Shown here: piece by piece, positions 16,221 through 31,054 of the stretch
Position numbering within the stretch: position 1 is the first letter of the stretch
Layout: each line of letters begins with the position of its first letter
Origin: Mobula hypostoma
Lineage: Eukaryota
DNA length: 64,000 bases
Direction of reading: 5' to 3'
NCBI RefSeq assembly: GCF_963921235.1
Contig: NC_086124.1
Location: 23,002,001-23,066,000, forward strand
The notes under the pieces: generated by a model
Told to the model about the DNA's origin: nothing
The model's input: the letters and a program-made list of their open reading frames with translations, nothing else
The model's database searches: none
Made by a program: the position numbers and the translations under genes

Positions 16221-16949
16221 ACACAAGAAAAGATATGACATGATGGAATCGTGAGACGTAGAGGACCTTCGTACTTCTCAGTCAGTACTGAATCATTCTG
16301 CAATCGTATACCAAGGGTGCGGCCTAGAAGATTACCACGCCTTCGGAGTTCCAGGATTTTGTGGCTCTGGAGGCGGGCGGACTCGTGGCCGGTGTCTCTG
16401 CAGGGAATCGGTGTGTCGAGGGAAATGGAAGATAGAAAGCAGCAAGATGGATGCTGGCTGTGTGCCCAGAGACCCGGAGAAGCGACGCAACTGACTTTTA
16501 ACATCGTAAATCAACGAGCTGTTTGTTGTGTCTCTCCTCTCGCTGTGAAAGGGAGACACCTCTTTTTCCCTTATTAGGGAGAGAGAGATAACCTGTCGAA
16601 TTACCGGGTGAATGAGTAGTCAATGGGGTACTCCAAGTCTGTGTCTTTACTGATGCTTTGGTGCACGCTTGAGTGCTTGGTGGGGGGCACCGATGCTTTT
16701 TTGCTGGTGGGGGAGGGCGGATCGCTGCGTTGCTTACGCGTGGGAGGCGGGGCTGGGGGGTGGGCTTTGGGGTTCTAGCATATAACTGTCATTCATTCTT
16801 TGGGGCACTGCTCTGTTTTCGTGGATGTTTGCGAAGAAAAAGCGTTTCAGGATGAATATTATATACACTTCCCTGATATTAAATGTACCTTTGAAACCTT
16901 TGAATCGTATCGCCCGCTCCTCTCCGCCCCCCACCACCTTATTATGGAA

Positions 16950-17720
16950 TCATAGAATACTACAGCACAGAAACGTACCCTACGGCCCATCTAGTCCGTG
17001 CCGATCTAGTATTATGCCTGGTCCCGTCAGGCTGCATTTAGGCCATAGCACTCTATTGCCCTCCCACCCATGTATTTATCCAAAGTTTCGCTTAAGTGTT
17101 CCAATCAACCCGGATCCACCACTTCCGCAGCCAGCTCGTTCCACCCTCTGAGTGAGCAGTTCCCTCTCATGTTCCCCTTAAACGCTACGCTTTTCACTCT
17201 TAACGCTTGGCCTCTAGTTCCACTCTCACTCAGCCCTCAAAGGAAAAATCCTGCTTGCAGTTACCCCATCGATACCCCTCATAATTTTGTATAACTCTAT
17301 CAAATCTCCCTTATTTTCTTATGCTCCAGGGAGTAAAGACCTAATACATTAGTATTTCCAAATAACCAGGTCCTCAAGTCGTAACAACATCCTTGTAAAT
17401 TTTCTCTGCACTTTTTCAATCTTACTTTATCATTCCTGGAGGTAGGTGACCAAAACTGCACACAATTCTCCAAATTAGGCCTCACCAATGTGTAATACAA
17501 TTTCAACGTGACATCCCATCTCCTGTACTCAGTACATCGATTTATGCAGACCAGGGTGCCAAAAGCATTCTTATTACCGGTGACGCCACTTTCAAGACTT
17601 TATGTATCTGTATTCCCAGAACTCTCTTTTCTATCGTACCCCTCAGTGCCCGACAGTTCACCTCGTGCCTACTGCAAGCTTTGATAGTCTTCCTGGATGT
17701 CCACTACATCGCTAATCTTA
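16950..17720 (-). mobile_element. CR1 LINE fragment
   Basis: ORF 17300-17506 LYYTLVRPNLENCVQFWSP. Confidence 0.75.
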
Positions 17721-17908
17721 CTGCAATGAAAATTAAACTATGCCCAGCCGGAGGTGTGCGTGGCCCACCTATAGACAGATCAACGCAACAAATCTTCACT
17801 TAAGCGTCTTTATTAATTATCTTAGGTATATTAAATAAATAAACAAACAAACAAATAAGTAAGTAAGTAAGTAAGTAAGTGAGTAGATAGCTTCTAAATT
17901 AGTAAATC

Positions 17909-18435
17909 TTATTCTTTCTCTTCCCCTTTCTTGTCGAGTTCGGCGGAGTCCACCGCCAGCTCTTGGTAATCCTTCTCCAGCGAGGCCATGTCCTCCCGCG
18001 CGTCCTGGAGTTCCCCCTCCTCCAGCCTTTTGCGATGTTCCAGTGGACGAAAGCCCGCTTCGCGTACATCTTGTCGAACTTGAGCTGCACCCGGGTCCAG
18101 GCCATGGAGATGGCGGTGGTGCTGCTCAGCATGCAGGCGGTGCGCTGCACCTTGACCAGGTCGCCGCCGGGCAGCACGATAGGGGGGCTCATAGTTGATG
18201 CCCAACTGTGGGAGACAAATTTGTATCACTTCTAACCGCATTCCAACCAACTCATTTCACCGCATAATATCCTATTGCTCAGTTAGCGACTTTCCATTCG
18301 TGAAATGAACATAATTCGCCGACTATCCCGAAGTCAGTTTAAAACTGTACGGACAGAAGAATATTGTGTGCGGGGTATGCGTTCAGGTGCGGATGGGTCT
18401 CCCCTTGAGGCCGGTCGGACACGAGTCCATGAACT
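17909..18435 (-). pseudogene. TUBA: Alpha-tubulin pseudogene fragment C (last ~35 nt of exon 4, intron 4, frameshifted exon 5)
   Basis: Exon 5 remnant 17909-18205 with two compensating frameshifts (ORFs 17899-18192 and 17909-18250 each carry part of the tubulin sequence). The exon-4 donor is mutated (AAG|GGGAG). Tail [13 protein letters not shown] is type-1-like. Confidence 0.9.
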
Positions 18436-18764
18436 TTCCACTCCATCGGCAAACCTGAGTGAGCTGCCGATCTCCGATTGGTCGCTGCCAAAAAAAAAGT
18501 CTAATGCCTCCATGCTGTTATGCATTGCATTCCTGCCTCGCGATTGGCTGATTGGATATTTGCAATGACGAGCAAGTGTATCTAATAAAGTGGCCACTGT
18601 GCATCTGACGCGATCTTGCGCCACTAATGGCCGCACCTAGACCATTCTCCCCAGCTCCCGTCTTCTCCTGTTATTTGCCTTTAATCATTTCACCACCTTT
18701 CCTCCCGTTTCCCCAAACTTGTGGTGACACAACAAATAAAAAATCAGGACGTTACTGACATACT

Positions 18765-18770
18765 TTTATT
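18765..18770 (-). terminator. Poly(A) signal of gene D
   Basis: AATAAA on the minus strand at the position equivalent to gene B. Confidence 0.65.
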
Positions 18771-18842
18771 ATTTTAAATATGATACTCTATATAACGATA
18801 CATTGAATATAATTGAACCATCGATATCTAAATTACAAAATC

Positions 18843-21171
<2,329 letters not shown>

Positions 21172-21225
21172 TTTCCACTCCTGGATCAGTTCCCGCGCTG
21201 GCGACGCGCGGCGCCAATCAGCCCC

Positions 21226-21350
21226 TTTATAGTCCCCGGGAATAGAATGTTGGGGATGGATCGAACTCTGATTGGACAGAGAGGACAAAGGTCCCCGGTT
21301 GCCGTGGGAAGCACAACACACAAGATTCGATAGTGCTTGCTGCTGATTGG
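21226..21350 (-). promoter_or_regulatory. Core promoter of tubulin gene D (TATA, CCAAT x2)
   Basis: Minus-strand TATAAA at 21226-21231; CCAAT at 21271-21275 and 21346-21350; homologous to the gene B promoter. Confidence 0.75.
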
Positions 21351-21977
21351 TCCGCTGCGGGAAACGCAGATCAATTAACCTGTCTGACCTCTCTCAGATT
21401 CCAGCCCCTCCGCTATCTCAGTGTCCCTGGAAAAATAGTCCCAAATTAAATCAACCGTAATCAAACTGTTGTCAATTAAATGCAAAACCCGATCAAACAC
21501 ATCAGGTAATGTTATTGCACAACATCATATTTATTAATCCCCATCAATTCAAGCAGATCAAATACAGCCATGTAGTTTCGAGCTAATTGATTATTTAATC
21601 TCAGAATCTTTTAATCACACAATCCTTTACTTTAAAAACCTCCAAAAGCCGTTACCTGCCGTCAGACGTTCCCCTCTCTTAATGAGCTCGGATTGGCGAT
21701 TTGTCTGAATCAACGCCTCAGGCTCGTCCGCACTATTTATCCTCCGGAGTCACCGCTGCTGGTCACCTACTAAGGAACCTATTCGCTAATTCTCGGCATT
21801 CCTTCCAAATACTGCTTCCTTTTTTCCCCCCTCGCTACTTACGCAGCCAGAATTCCAATCCTTAACCAGATTCCAGCCACGATTACTTCCGAATTTTTAC
21901 CACTTCCTCCGGCAGCTCACGCCATATACTCCCTGCCCCCTGTGAGAAGAATCTTCCCCTTGGTTCCTCTTTAAATC

Positions 21978-23350
21978 ATGAACACAAGAGATTCTGCAGA
22001 TACTGGAAATCCGGAGCACCACGCACAAAATGTTGGAGGATCCCAGCAGGTCAGGTAGCATCAGTGGGGAAGAATAAACAGACGACGGTTTGGGCTGGCA
22101 CCCCTTCATCAGGACTGGAAAGGACGGGGCGGGAGCCAGAATAAAAATCTGGAGGGAAGAGGGAGGAGTAAAACCTGACAGGTGATTGGTGGGGGAGGGG
22201 AGATGAAGTGAGAGGCTGGCAGGTGATTAGTGGGGGAGGGGAGATGAACTGAGAGGCTGGCAGGTGATTGGTGGGTGTGGGGAGATGAAGTGAGAGGCTG
22301 GCAGGTGATTGGTGGGGGAGGGGAGATGAACTGAGAGGCTGGCAGGTGATTGGTGGGGGAGGGGAGATGAACTGAGAGGCTGGGAGGTGTTTGGTGGGGG
22401 AGGGGAGATGAAGTGAGAGGCTGGCAGGTGATTGGTGGGGAAGGGGAGATGAAGTGAGAGGCTGGCAGGTGATTGGTGGGGGAGGGGAGATGAAGTGAGA
22501 GGCTGGCAGGTGGTTGGTGGGGAGGGGAGATGAAGTGAAAGGCTGACAGGTGATTGGTGGGGGAGGGGAGATGAACTGAGAGGCTGGCAGGTGATTGATG
22601 GGGGAGGGGAGATGAAGTGAGAGGCTGGCACGTGATTGGTGGGGGAGGGGAGATGAAGTGAGAGGCTGGCAGGTGATTGGTGGGGGAGGGGAGATGAAGT
22701 GAGAGGCTGGCAGGTGATCGGTGGAAACGGTAAAGGACTGAAGAAGGGGGAATCTAAAGTGGAGGAGAGTGGTTCATAGGAGAAAAGAAAGAAGAGAGAC
22801 ACTAGGGAGAGGTAATCGGCAGCTGAGGAAAGTCAGAGTGCGGAACGGACGAAAAGGGAACGGGGAAGGAGGAGAGATTATCGGAAGTTGGAGAAATCGA
22901 CGTCACGCCGTCAGGTTGGAGGCTACCCTGACGAAATATGAGATGTTTCGCCTCCAACCTGAGTGCGGCCTCATCATCGCAGTAGAGGAGGCCGTGGAAC
23001 ATCGTGTCGGAATAGGAATGGGGATTCGAATAGAAGTAGTGGACCACCGGCAAATCCTGTTTGTTGGGACGGAGCCAAGGTGCTGGACCAAGCGGTCCCT
23101 CCATTCTACGTCGGGGCTCATCGATAAAGAGGAGGCCGCTCCGGGAGCTTCACCCCCGCCCCCGCTCGGTTTCACCTATCACTTTGTGTTTATCCACTCC
23201 CGCCCCCCCCCGCGCCCACCTTTTAAATCTACTCCTCATCATTTTTTTCCCTCCAGTTCTGCCGCAGGGTCTCGGCCCGAAATGTCGACGGTACTTTTTT
23301 CCATCGATGCTGCCTGGCCTGCTGAATTCCTCCAGCATTTTATGAGCAGT
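21978..23350 (-). mobile_element. Penelope-like element remnant (terminal repeat, GIY-YIG endonuclease C-terminus, inverted second terminal repeat)
   Basis: ORF 22802-23104 DLPVVHYF..SDTMFHGL..EAKHLIFRQGSLQPDG resembles the PLE GIY-YIG end; terminal repeat ...CTGCAGATRCTGGAAATCC...ATGYTGGAGGA with a hammerhead-like motif. Confidence 0.7.
22179..22722 (+). repeat. G-rich minisatellite, 41-bp unit, about 13 copies
   Basis: Unit GCAGGTGATTGGTGGGGGAGGGGAGATGAAGTGAGAGGCTG; period 41 (22181 to 22222); no spacers. Confidence 0.93.
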
Positions 23351-23494
23351 ACTTTGTACAGCATTTTGTACAGTACCGCACAAAGGCCTGAGACACGTAG
23401 CTACCATACCTACGCCTTTTGCACAGCGCTGAAGCAATTTTATGTATTGCAGTTTACTTCTGCCGCAAAAAAAACCAAAACAAATTTCATGACG

Positions 23495-25480
23495 CAAACA
23501 AGAGAACATCTGCAGATGCTGGAAATCCAATCAACACACACAAAATGCTGGAGGAACTCAGCAGGCCAGGCAACATCTTTGCAAAAAAAAAAAATAGTCG
23601 CTATTTCGGGCCGAGACCCTTCGCAGGACGGGAGTCAAAAAAAAAGCTGAGTAGATTTAAAAGGTGGGGAAAGAGGAGACAGAAACACAAGGTGATAGGT
23701 GAAACCGAGACGGGAAGTGAAGCTAAGAGCTGGGAAGTTGATTGGTGGAGACACAGGGCTGGAGAAGGGAGAGTCCGATAGGCGAGAACAGCCATTTTAA
23801 TTCCACTTCCCATTCCCATTCCGATATGTCAATCCATGGCCTCCTCTACTGTCGCGATGAGGTCGCACACTGGTTTGAGGAAAAACACATAGAACATAGA
23901 ACATAGAATAGTACAGCACAGTACAGGCCCTTCGGCCCACAATTTTGTGCCGACCCTCAAACCCTGCCTCCCATATAAGCCCCCACCTTATATTCCTCCA
24001 TATACCTGTCTAGTAGTCTCTTAAACTTCACTAGTGTATCTGCCTCCACCACTGACTCAGGCAGTGCATTCCACGCACCAACCACTCTCTGAGTAAAAAA
24101 CCTTCCTCTAATATCCCCCTTGAACTTCCCACCCCTTACCTTAGAGCCATGTCCTCTTGTATTGAGCAGTGGTGCCCTGGGGAAGAGGCGCTGGCTATCC
24201 ACTCTATCTATTCCTCTTATTATCTTGTACACCTCTATCATGACTCCTCTCATCCTCTCCAAAGAGTAAAGCTCTAGCTCCCTTAATCTCTGATCATAAT
24301 GCATACTTTCTAAACCAGGCAGCATCCTGGTAAATCTCCTTTGTATCCTTTCCAATGCTTCCACATCCTTCCTATAGTGAGGTGACTAGAAATGGACACA
24401 GTACTCCAAGTGTGGCCTAACCAGAGTTTTATAGAGCTGCGTCATTACATCGCGACTCTTAAACTCTATCCCTCGACTTATGAAAGCTAACACCCCACAA
24501 GCTTTCTTAACTACCCTATCCACCTGTGAGGCAACTTTCAGGGATCTGTGGATATGTACCCCGAGATCCCGCTGCTCCTCCACACTACCAAGTATCCTGC
24601 CATTTACTTTGTACTCTGCCCTGGATTTGTCCTTCCAAAGTGTACCACCTCACACTTCTCCGGGTTGAACTCCATCTGCCACTTCTCAGCCCACTCCAGC
24701 ATCCTATCAATGTCTCTCTGCAATCTTTGACAATCCTCTACACTATGTACAACACCACCAACCTTTGTGTCGTCTGCAAACTTGCCAACCCACCCTTCTA
24801 ACCCCACATCCAGGTCGTTAATAAAAATCACGAAAAGTAGAGGTCCCAGAACAGATTCTTGTGGGGCACCACTAGTCACAATCCTCCAATCTGAATGTAC
24901 TCCCTCCACCACCACCCTCTGCCTTCTGCAGGCAAGTCAATTCTGAATCCACCTGGCCAAACTTCCCTGGATCCCATGCCTTCTAACTTTCTGAATAACC
25001 CTACCGCGTGGAACCTTGTCAAATGCCTTACTAAAATCCTTATAGATCACATCCACTGCACCTCCTCAAAGAACTCTATCAGGCTTATATTCCATCTGGG
25101 TGTCCAACTTCGATTTCTGATCTTCCGGTAATGTCACCCCTTCACCATTCCCCATCCTCTTTTCCCTCTCTCACCTCATCTCGCCTGCTCACCACCTCCC
25201 TCTGGTTCCCCCCCCCCTTTTCTTTCTTCCATGGTCTTCTGTTCTCTCCTATTGGACTCCCCCGTCTCCAGCGCTTTATCTTTATCACTAAGCAACTTCC
25301 CCCTCCCCCGTTCGGTTTCGACTATCACCTTGTGTTTCTCCCTCCCCCCCAAAACTTTTAAATCTACTCCTCATCTTTTTTTTCTCCAGTCCTGCCGCAG
25401 GGTCTCGGCCCGAAATGTCGACAGTATATTTTCCATCGATGCTGCCTCGCTTGTTGAGTTCCTCCAGCATTTTGTGTGTG
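23495..25480. mobile_element. Penelope-like remnant with inverted terminal repeats, split by a CR1 insertion
   Basis: The GIY-YIG remnant (..GAGGAAAAACAC at 23888) resumes at 25085 (CTTATATTCCATCTGGG; EEKH|LIFHLG); terminal repeats at 23495-23770 and 25250-25480 are in opposite orientation. Confidence 0.7.
23889..25084 (-). mobile_element. CR1 LINE, 5'-truncated (RT C-terminal region plus 3' tail)
   Basis: ORFs with GAPQESVLGPLLFVIFINDL, KFADDTK, LYKTLVRPHLEYC and LERIQRRFTRM; (TTCTATG)n tail at 23889-23910. Confidence 0.92.
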
Positions 25481-26717
25481 GTACTGAAATTTCATGTCAT
25501 ATGTGAGTGATGATAAACCTAATTCTGATAGGGTGCTGTATTGTGAACGGAGAGTGGGAAGGGGGCAGGAGGAGAGAAATCGTAGTTGGGAAAAGGGGAA
25601 GAGAGGGGTGACGCAGCAGGAAGCACCAGAGAGACCATCTGTTATGATCAATAAACCAATTGTTTGGAATTAAATGACTTTGTCTGGTGTTTGAGGGCTG
25701 GGTGTGTCTCCACCCCCACCACTCAGCCTCCGCCCCTCACCCCCGCCCCTCACTCCCGCCCCTCACCCTCCGCCCCTGGCTCTCCTCCGCCTCCTGTCCC
25801 ACTCCCCTCCTGCGGTGCTGCACCCACGCCAGTCCCAACATCTTTTGCTCTCGCCAGATTGACGAACTCGCTCTCCACTCCACGTTGACAAACGCAATAC
25901 TGAGCAAAAGTCTAAACTGCCCGAGCTATATGTATATGTGCCTAAGATTTTTCACAGTTCTGTAGATGGCCCCGACTGACTCGCAGTTGAATGGTTGCCT
26001 CACCTGAAAGGACTGTTTGGAGAACAGAATGGAGGTGGAGGAGGAGGTGACTGGAAGCTCTTCAGGCATATTGTTCGTCGTTGCCATTTCCACAGCTGAG
26101 ATTTTAATTCTTGTCCTTACTTTCATATGGAGATACAAGATACTGCAGATGATGAAATCTGGTGCCGTCATTCCAAATTCTAATTCAGACAGGTGACATT
26201 TCTTTAACCTCAAGTCCCTGCTGATGCCGACCGGGGTTACTTCAAACCTGTGTCTCTCTAATCATCAGAATGATTGTTTGAGTTTTCTGCAGCCTGTCAG
26301 ATCGTCTTGTCCACGGGGTATCAGTCGCCAAAACATCCCCCTTTCCTTGTTCTGTCTCCGGAGGCTCACTGAGGGATGACTTTACAGGGAGCGGTCACGG
26401 GGCTGCAAGGCAGCCGGCGATGTTCACCTCTAGCAAAGAGCAGGCTATAGAGACATAGAACACTATAGCACAGTGACAGGTCCTTCGGCCCGTCTAGTCC
26501 GTGCCAAACTATTATTGAATGTTTACATCGAACCCGTATCCACCATTTCCATTAGCAGCTCGTTCCACACTCTCACCTTCCTCTGAGTGAACAGGCCCCC
26601 CTCATGTTCCCCTTAAATAACTCACCTTTCACCTTAAACCTATGAGCCCTAGTTCTAGTCTCACCCAACCTCAGAGGGAAGAATGCCTGTTTGCATTTAC
26701 CCGCTCTATACCCCTCT

Positions 26718-27676
26718 GGAGGGAGGAGAAGATGGCGGCGCGTCGCAGCGCGCGCGGCTGTTCAGAATGAATATCGTATTTGTTAACTAGGGGGCCGTGC
26801 ACAATCCGGATTTGATGGAGACAGCCGTGAGAAGCACGGAGGAACACCTGGAGTAACTTCTGAAATGCCCGCTTCGCGGCCGCTGCTACTGTGCGATCGA
26901 GAATCTCCGGAGGGGAAGGCCCTAAATCCTCGGCTTTGCATATTGCCTGTTGCCGGGGCCGGGGTCGGGGTCGAAACGCTCGGCAGAGATGGTGCTCGGT
27001 GTCGGAGAGCTGCTCGGAGGCTCGGAGTTTTCGGATGGACTCGGAGTCGGGCTGCGGTCGGATGCTTCCAGTATGCTGCATCGGCAAGTTGGTGGCACTG
27101 GAGGTTCACCGTCTGCGTGAGATGATGGGACTTTCGAGAGTCTTTGAGACTTCTACCGTGCCATGGTCTGTTCTTATCAAATTACTGTATTGCTTTGCAC
27201 TGTTGTAACTATATGTTATAATCATGTGGCTTTTGTTGGTTTTTAAGTCGGTTTGTCATCTGTTTCTGTGATATCATTTCTTGGAAGAGGCGCAGTCGAC
27301 GTTTCGGAATCCGGATTGCTTGAATTTCCAGCATCTGCAGAATTCCTGTTGTTTGCGTTTAAATTCACTACTGCGAAGCCTCTTCCGGTGATGCCTACAC
27401 CGAAGAAGTTTAGATCCTCTCTTCGACGGGAGTTCAGTGAAACCATCTCTCACTGCTCCCCATCTGTGATTTCTTCGGCTCTTCAAAAAAGCCTCTTCCT
27501 ATAGATGCTGCCTGGCCTGCTGCGTTCACCAGTAACTTTGATGTATGTTGCTTGAATTTCCAGCATCTGCAGAATTCCTGTTGTTTGTATCATTTCTTAA
27601 TGCATGCATTCTAAATGACGATAAAAGAGGACTGCGTGCCCTCGTAATCTAATCTCATCTAATCATAATGTAATCT
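26718..27676 (+). mobile_element. Non-autonomous retroelement with (TAATC)n tail and nested Penelope fragment, in arm A only
   Basis: Empty site CCCCTCT|AATTTTGTA seen in arm A-prime (~42460); the same family's 3' end is inverted at 53361-53571; nested PLE piece at 27289-27585. Confidence 0.7.
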
Positions 27677-28097
27677 AATTTTGTATACCACTATCATATC
27701 TCCCTTCATTCTCCTACACTCCAGGGAATAAAGTACTAACCTATTCAATCTCTCCCTATAACTCCAGTCCTCAAGTCCAGGTAACATCCTTTAAATCTAT
27801 TTCAATCTTTTTGATATCTTTCCTGTGGGTAGGTGACCAAAACTGCACAAAATATTCCAAATTGAGACTTACTGAGGTCTTTCTACAACTCTAACAAACG
27901 TCCCAACTCTTGTACACCCTTGTGAGGTACTGTATGTGGCGTCTCACGATTTTGCTCTTAACCGATAAAAGATCCCCAAAATCTTGAAAAGCTTCCTGGG
28001 AAAAATATAATTTGAGTTTCTTTTCCACACTTAAATTCCTGAAATGTCATTTGTACGGGAGCTCTGGAGAACAGAGCTCAGGCACCGACCTCCGGCG

Positions 28098-28100
<3 letters not shown>

Positions 28101-28152
<52 letters not shown>
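28101..28152. repeat. (TG)n microsatellite (mirrored as (CA)n at 41991-42040)
   Basis: Direct reading. Confidence 0.95.
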
Positions 28153-28154
<2 letters not shown>

Positions 28155-29557
28155 TATGTGTGTGCGCGCATATTCTCTCTGTGGCCCCATAGATACCCCG
28201 CCCCTCGCTACTCCGGTTTCCGTCCACATCCCATCGCCTGCAGAGCCGATGCGTCCTGCTTTGGTGAAGACGGCTCTCGCTGTGATCCCGTGGGTACCTC
28301 CCCGCCTACCCCCACTACTCTGATTTCCTCCCACATGTTGACGTCCTGCGGGGCCGGTGCGTTGTGTTTTAGCGGAGACGCAGTCAGAGGGACTAGGAGT
28401 CCTTGTACGAGAATCTCTGGCGAGGCAAGCAACAGCAAACCATTCGGTATCCTGCCCTTTCGGACAACACACGACCCAGAATCAGGACTACGGGCTTCTG
28501 GGGCCAAAGTCTGGCAAATGGGACCGGCTCGGATGGTGTAGCTTGGTTGGCACGGACCAGCTGAGCCGAAGGGCCTGTTTCTGTAACAGCGTCATACGGC
28601 ACGGATACAGTTCTCTGGACCCAAGTGGATGTGCCAACCCAAAGTAACCTATTCTGTCTGCACAGGATTCTTATCCCTCTATATACACAAGAAATTCTAC
28701 AGATGTTGGAAATCCAGAGCAACAGAAATAAAATCTGTCGAATTATTTGCCACAGGCAGCTGTCGCGGCCAAGTCTTAATGTATATTTAAGGCAGGGGTT
28801 GATATATTATTGATTAGTCAGGTCATGAAGGGATACGGGGAGAAGGCAGGAGATTGAATTGAGTGGGAAAGTGAATGAGCGGAGCAGACTAGGTGGCCTG
28901 ATTCTGCTCCAATATCTTATAGACTTAAAATGCTGAAGGAAATCAGCAGGTCAGGCAAAATATGGATATGACTAAACAGTTGGCGTTTCGGACTTATGAT
29001 TCCGATTAATGGTCTCGGCCTGAGACCTGGACTATTTATTGCTCTGCACAAATGCTGCCCAATCTGCCGAGCGCCTCCGGAATTTTCTTTGTGTTCCCAT
29101 AGTAGCGTAGCGGTTAGCGTGACGGTGTTACACCACGGGGCGTCGGTCAATTCCGACGCCCTCTGCGAGAAAGTCTGGACGTCCTTCCCATGAGCGTGTG
29201 TTCCCAGGTGCTCTGGTTTCTCTTCACTGTCCAATGACGTATCGGTTACTAGGTTAATTGCTTATTATCCTATGATTAGGCTCGTGTTAAATAGGTGGTG
29301 AGTGGTGAGCTGCAGATACGGTACGTCTCTACCAAAGGTGTACGACGCTCCTTCCACCCGTTAGACTGAAGGTCGCTCTTGAGCAAGCTGTAGAACTGGC
29401 TGAGCAACACCCCCTCCCCGCGATCAGAGTCATGTGAAGCCATCGGAGCAGGTGGCGGATGGTCGTATGAGTAGCTGGTGCATATCACAAGTCCTGGTGA
29501 TGCGACCACTAACTCCAGGCAGACCGTCTCAGAAGACCGTTGATAATGGCTGAGATC

Positions 29558-29870
29558 TACTACTACTAAGACATCCGTTAGTCTTGCGAGACCATGGATA
29601 TGCGCCTGGAAAGTCTTCACTCTCCAGGGCGCAGGCCTGGGCAAGGTTGTATGGAAGACCAGCAGTTGCGCATGCTGCAAGTCTCCCCTCTCCACGACAC
29701 CGATGTTGTCCAAGGGAAGGGCATTAGGACCCATACAGCTTGGCACCAGTGTCGTCGCAGAGCAATGTGTGATTAAGTGCCTTGCTCAAGGACACAACAC
29801 GTTCCCTCGGCTGGGGCTCGAACTCACGACCTTCAGGTCGCTAGTCCAATGCCTTAACCACTTGGCCACG
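29558..29870 (-). mobile_element. tRNA-headed SINE inserted into arm A only
   Basis: Absent at the equivalent site in arm A-prime (~40590); flanked by GAGATC/GGGATC (TSD-like); (TAG)n tail. Confidence 0.75.
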
Positions 29871-31054
29871 TGGGATCACCCGCCTTGTAAAGACACTCCC
29901 CAGAAGAAAGCAATAGCAAACCACTTTTGTAGCAAAAAAATGCCAAGAGAATGGCCATGGGAAGTCTATGACCGCTCATGTCATACGACACGGCACATGA
30001 CAAACGGACGAAACAGTTCATTGTGCTGGGAGTGTGTGTTCGGTACTGTGTGGATACATAGACAGACAGAGAGACAGACAGGTGGACAGATAGACAGATA
30101 TACAGACAGATAAATAGATAAACAGACATACAGACAGTCAAGTAACGTCAAGTCAAGTTTATTGTTATTTAACTAAATACTATATGTATACCGTCAAATG
30201 AGACACAGTTTCTCCGAACCAGGGTACAAAGCACAGTAGTACACATGACACATATAACACACAATAACTTTAGGAAAGTAAGAATTAAATCTATAAATAA
30301 ATTAAGCATAGATAAACAACGTAAAGTGCATAAATTAAATATTGTCGGGTACAGTACAAATTATCCGGTGTCACTTCAAATGCAATGCGGCAGGAAGCTC
30401 AAAAGCCCAATGGCGATTGAAGAAACTTGTTTCCCATCCTGACCGTTCTTGTTTTGATGCTTCGGAGTCTCCTGCCTGATGGTAGAAAGTCAAAGAGGAG
30501 GCTGGATGGATGGGTGGGATAGTTGAATTTACTAAGGGCCCTGCGTACGCAGCGCTCCTGATCAATGTCCCTGACGGATGGTAGGGAGTCCCCTATGATC
30601 CTCTCAGCCGTTCTCGCAGTCCCTCAGTAGGGACATCCGGTCTTATGCTCAGCTATTCCCATGCCAGATCGAGATGGAGCTTGTCAGGACTCTCTCAATG
30701 GTGCGCCTGCAAAATTCAGTTAAGATGGGGATGGGGGTGGGAGCTTCGATTTCCTCAGTCTACTTGGGAAGTGGAACACTGCTGTGCGGACCAGGTGAGA
30801 TAGACAGAGAGAGAGAGAGAGAGAGACAGATAGACAGACATATAGACAGACAGATAGATAGATAGATAGATAGATATCCTCCAATACCTGCCCGTTCTTC
30901 CGCCAGTCTGAATGCGTCGTAGAGGCTTTTTATTAAAAATATCGCATCTGCTTCCACCATTTGTATGTTGTCCTTTGCTTCCTTGTTTGTTTGTTTGTTT
31001 ATCTATGCAGTGATACACCCAGCAACCCCCGGCAAACCCTGTGCTCTGTGAAAA

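Larger units (their letters stand above)
26006..30959. repeat. Inverted duplication arm A (pairs with 39531-43171), flanking the gene E cassette
   Basis: Mirrored ORFs (25926-26213 / 42964-43341; 28047-28472 / 41671-42111; 30371-30565 / 39903-40133) and a mirrored (TG)n/(CA)n tract. Confidence 0.9.

Noticed and set aside
22179-22722. Possible CRISPR array or Pro/Ser-rich gene (ORF 22227-22802)
   Set aside because: Head-to-tail tandem units with no unique spacers, in eukaryotic DNA.
22769-23650. 293-aa ORF
   Set aside because: Runs antisense through Penelope remnants and across repeat junctions; no coherent domain.
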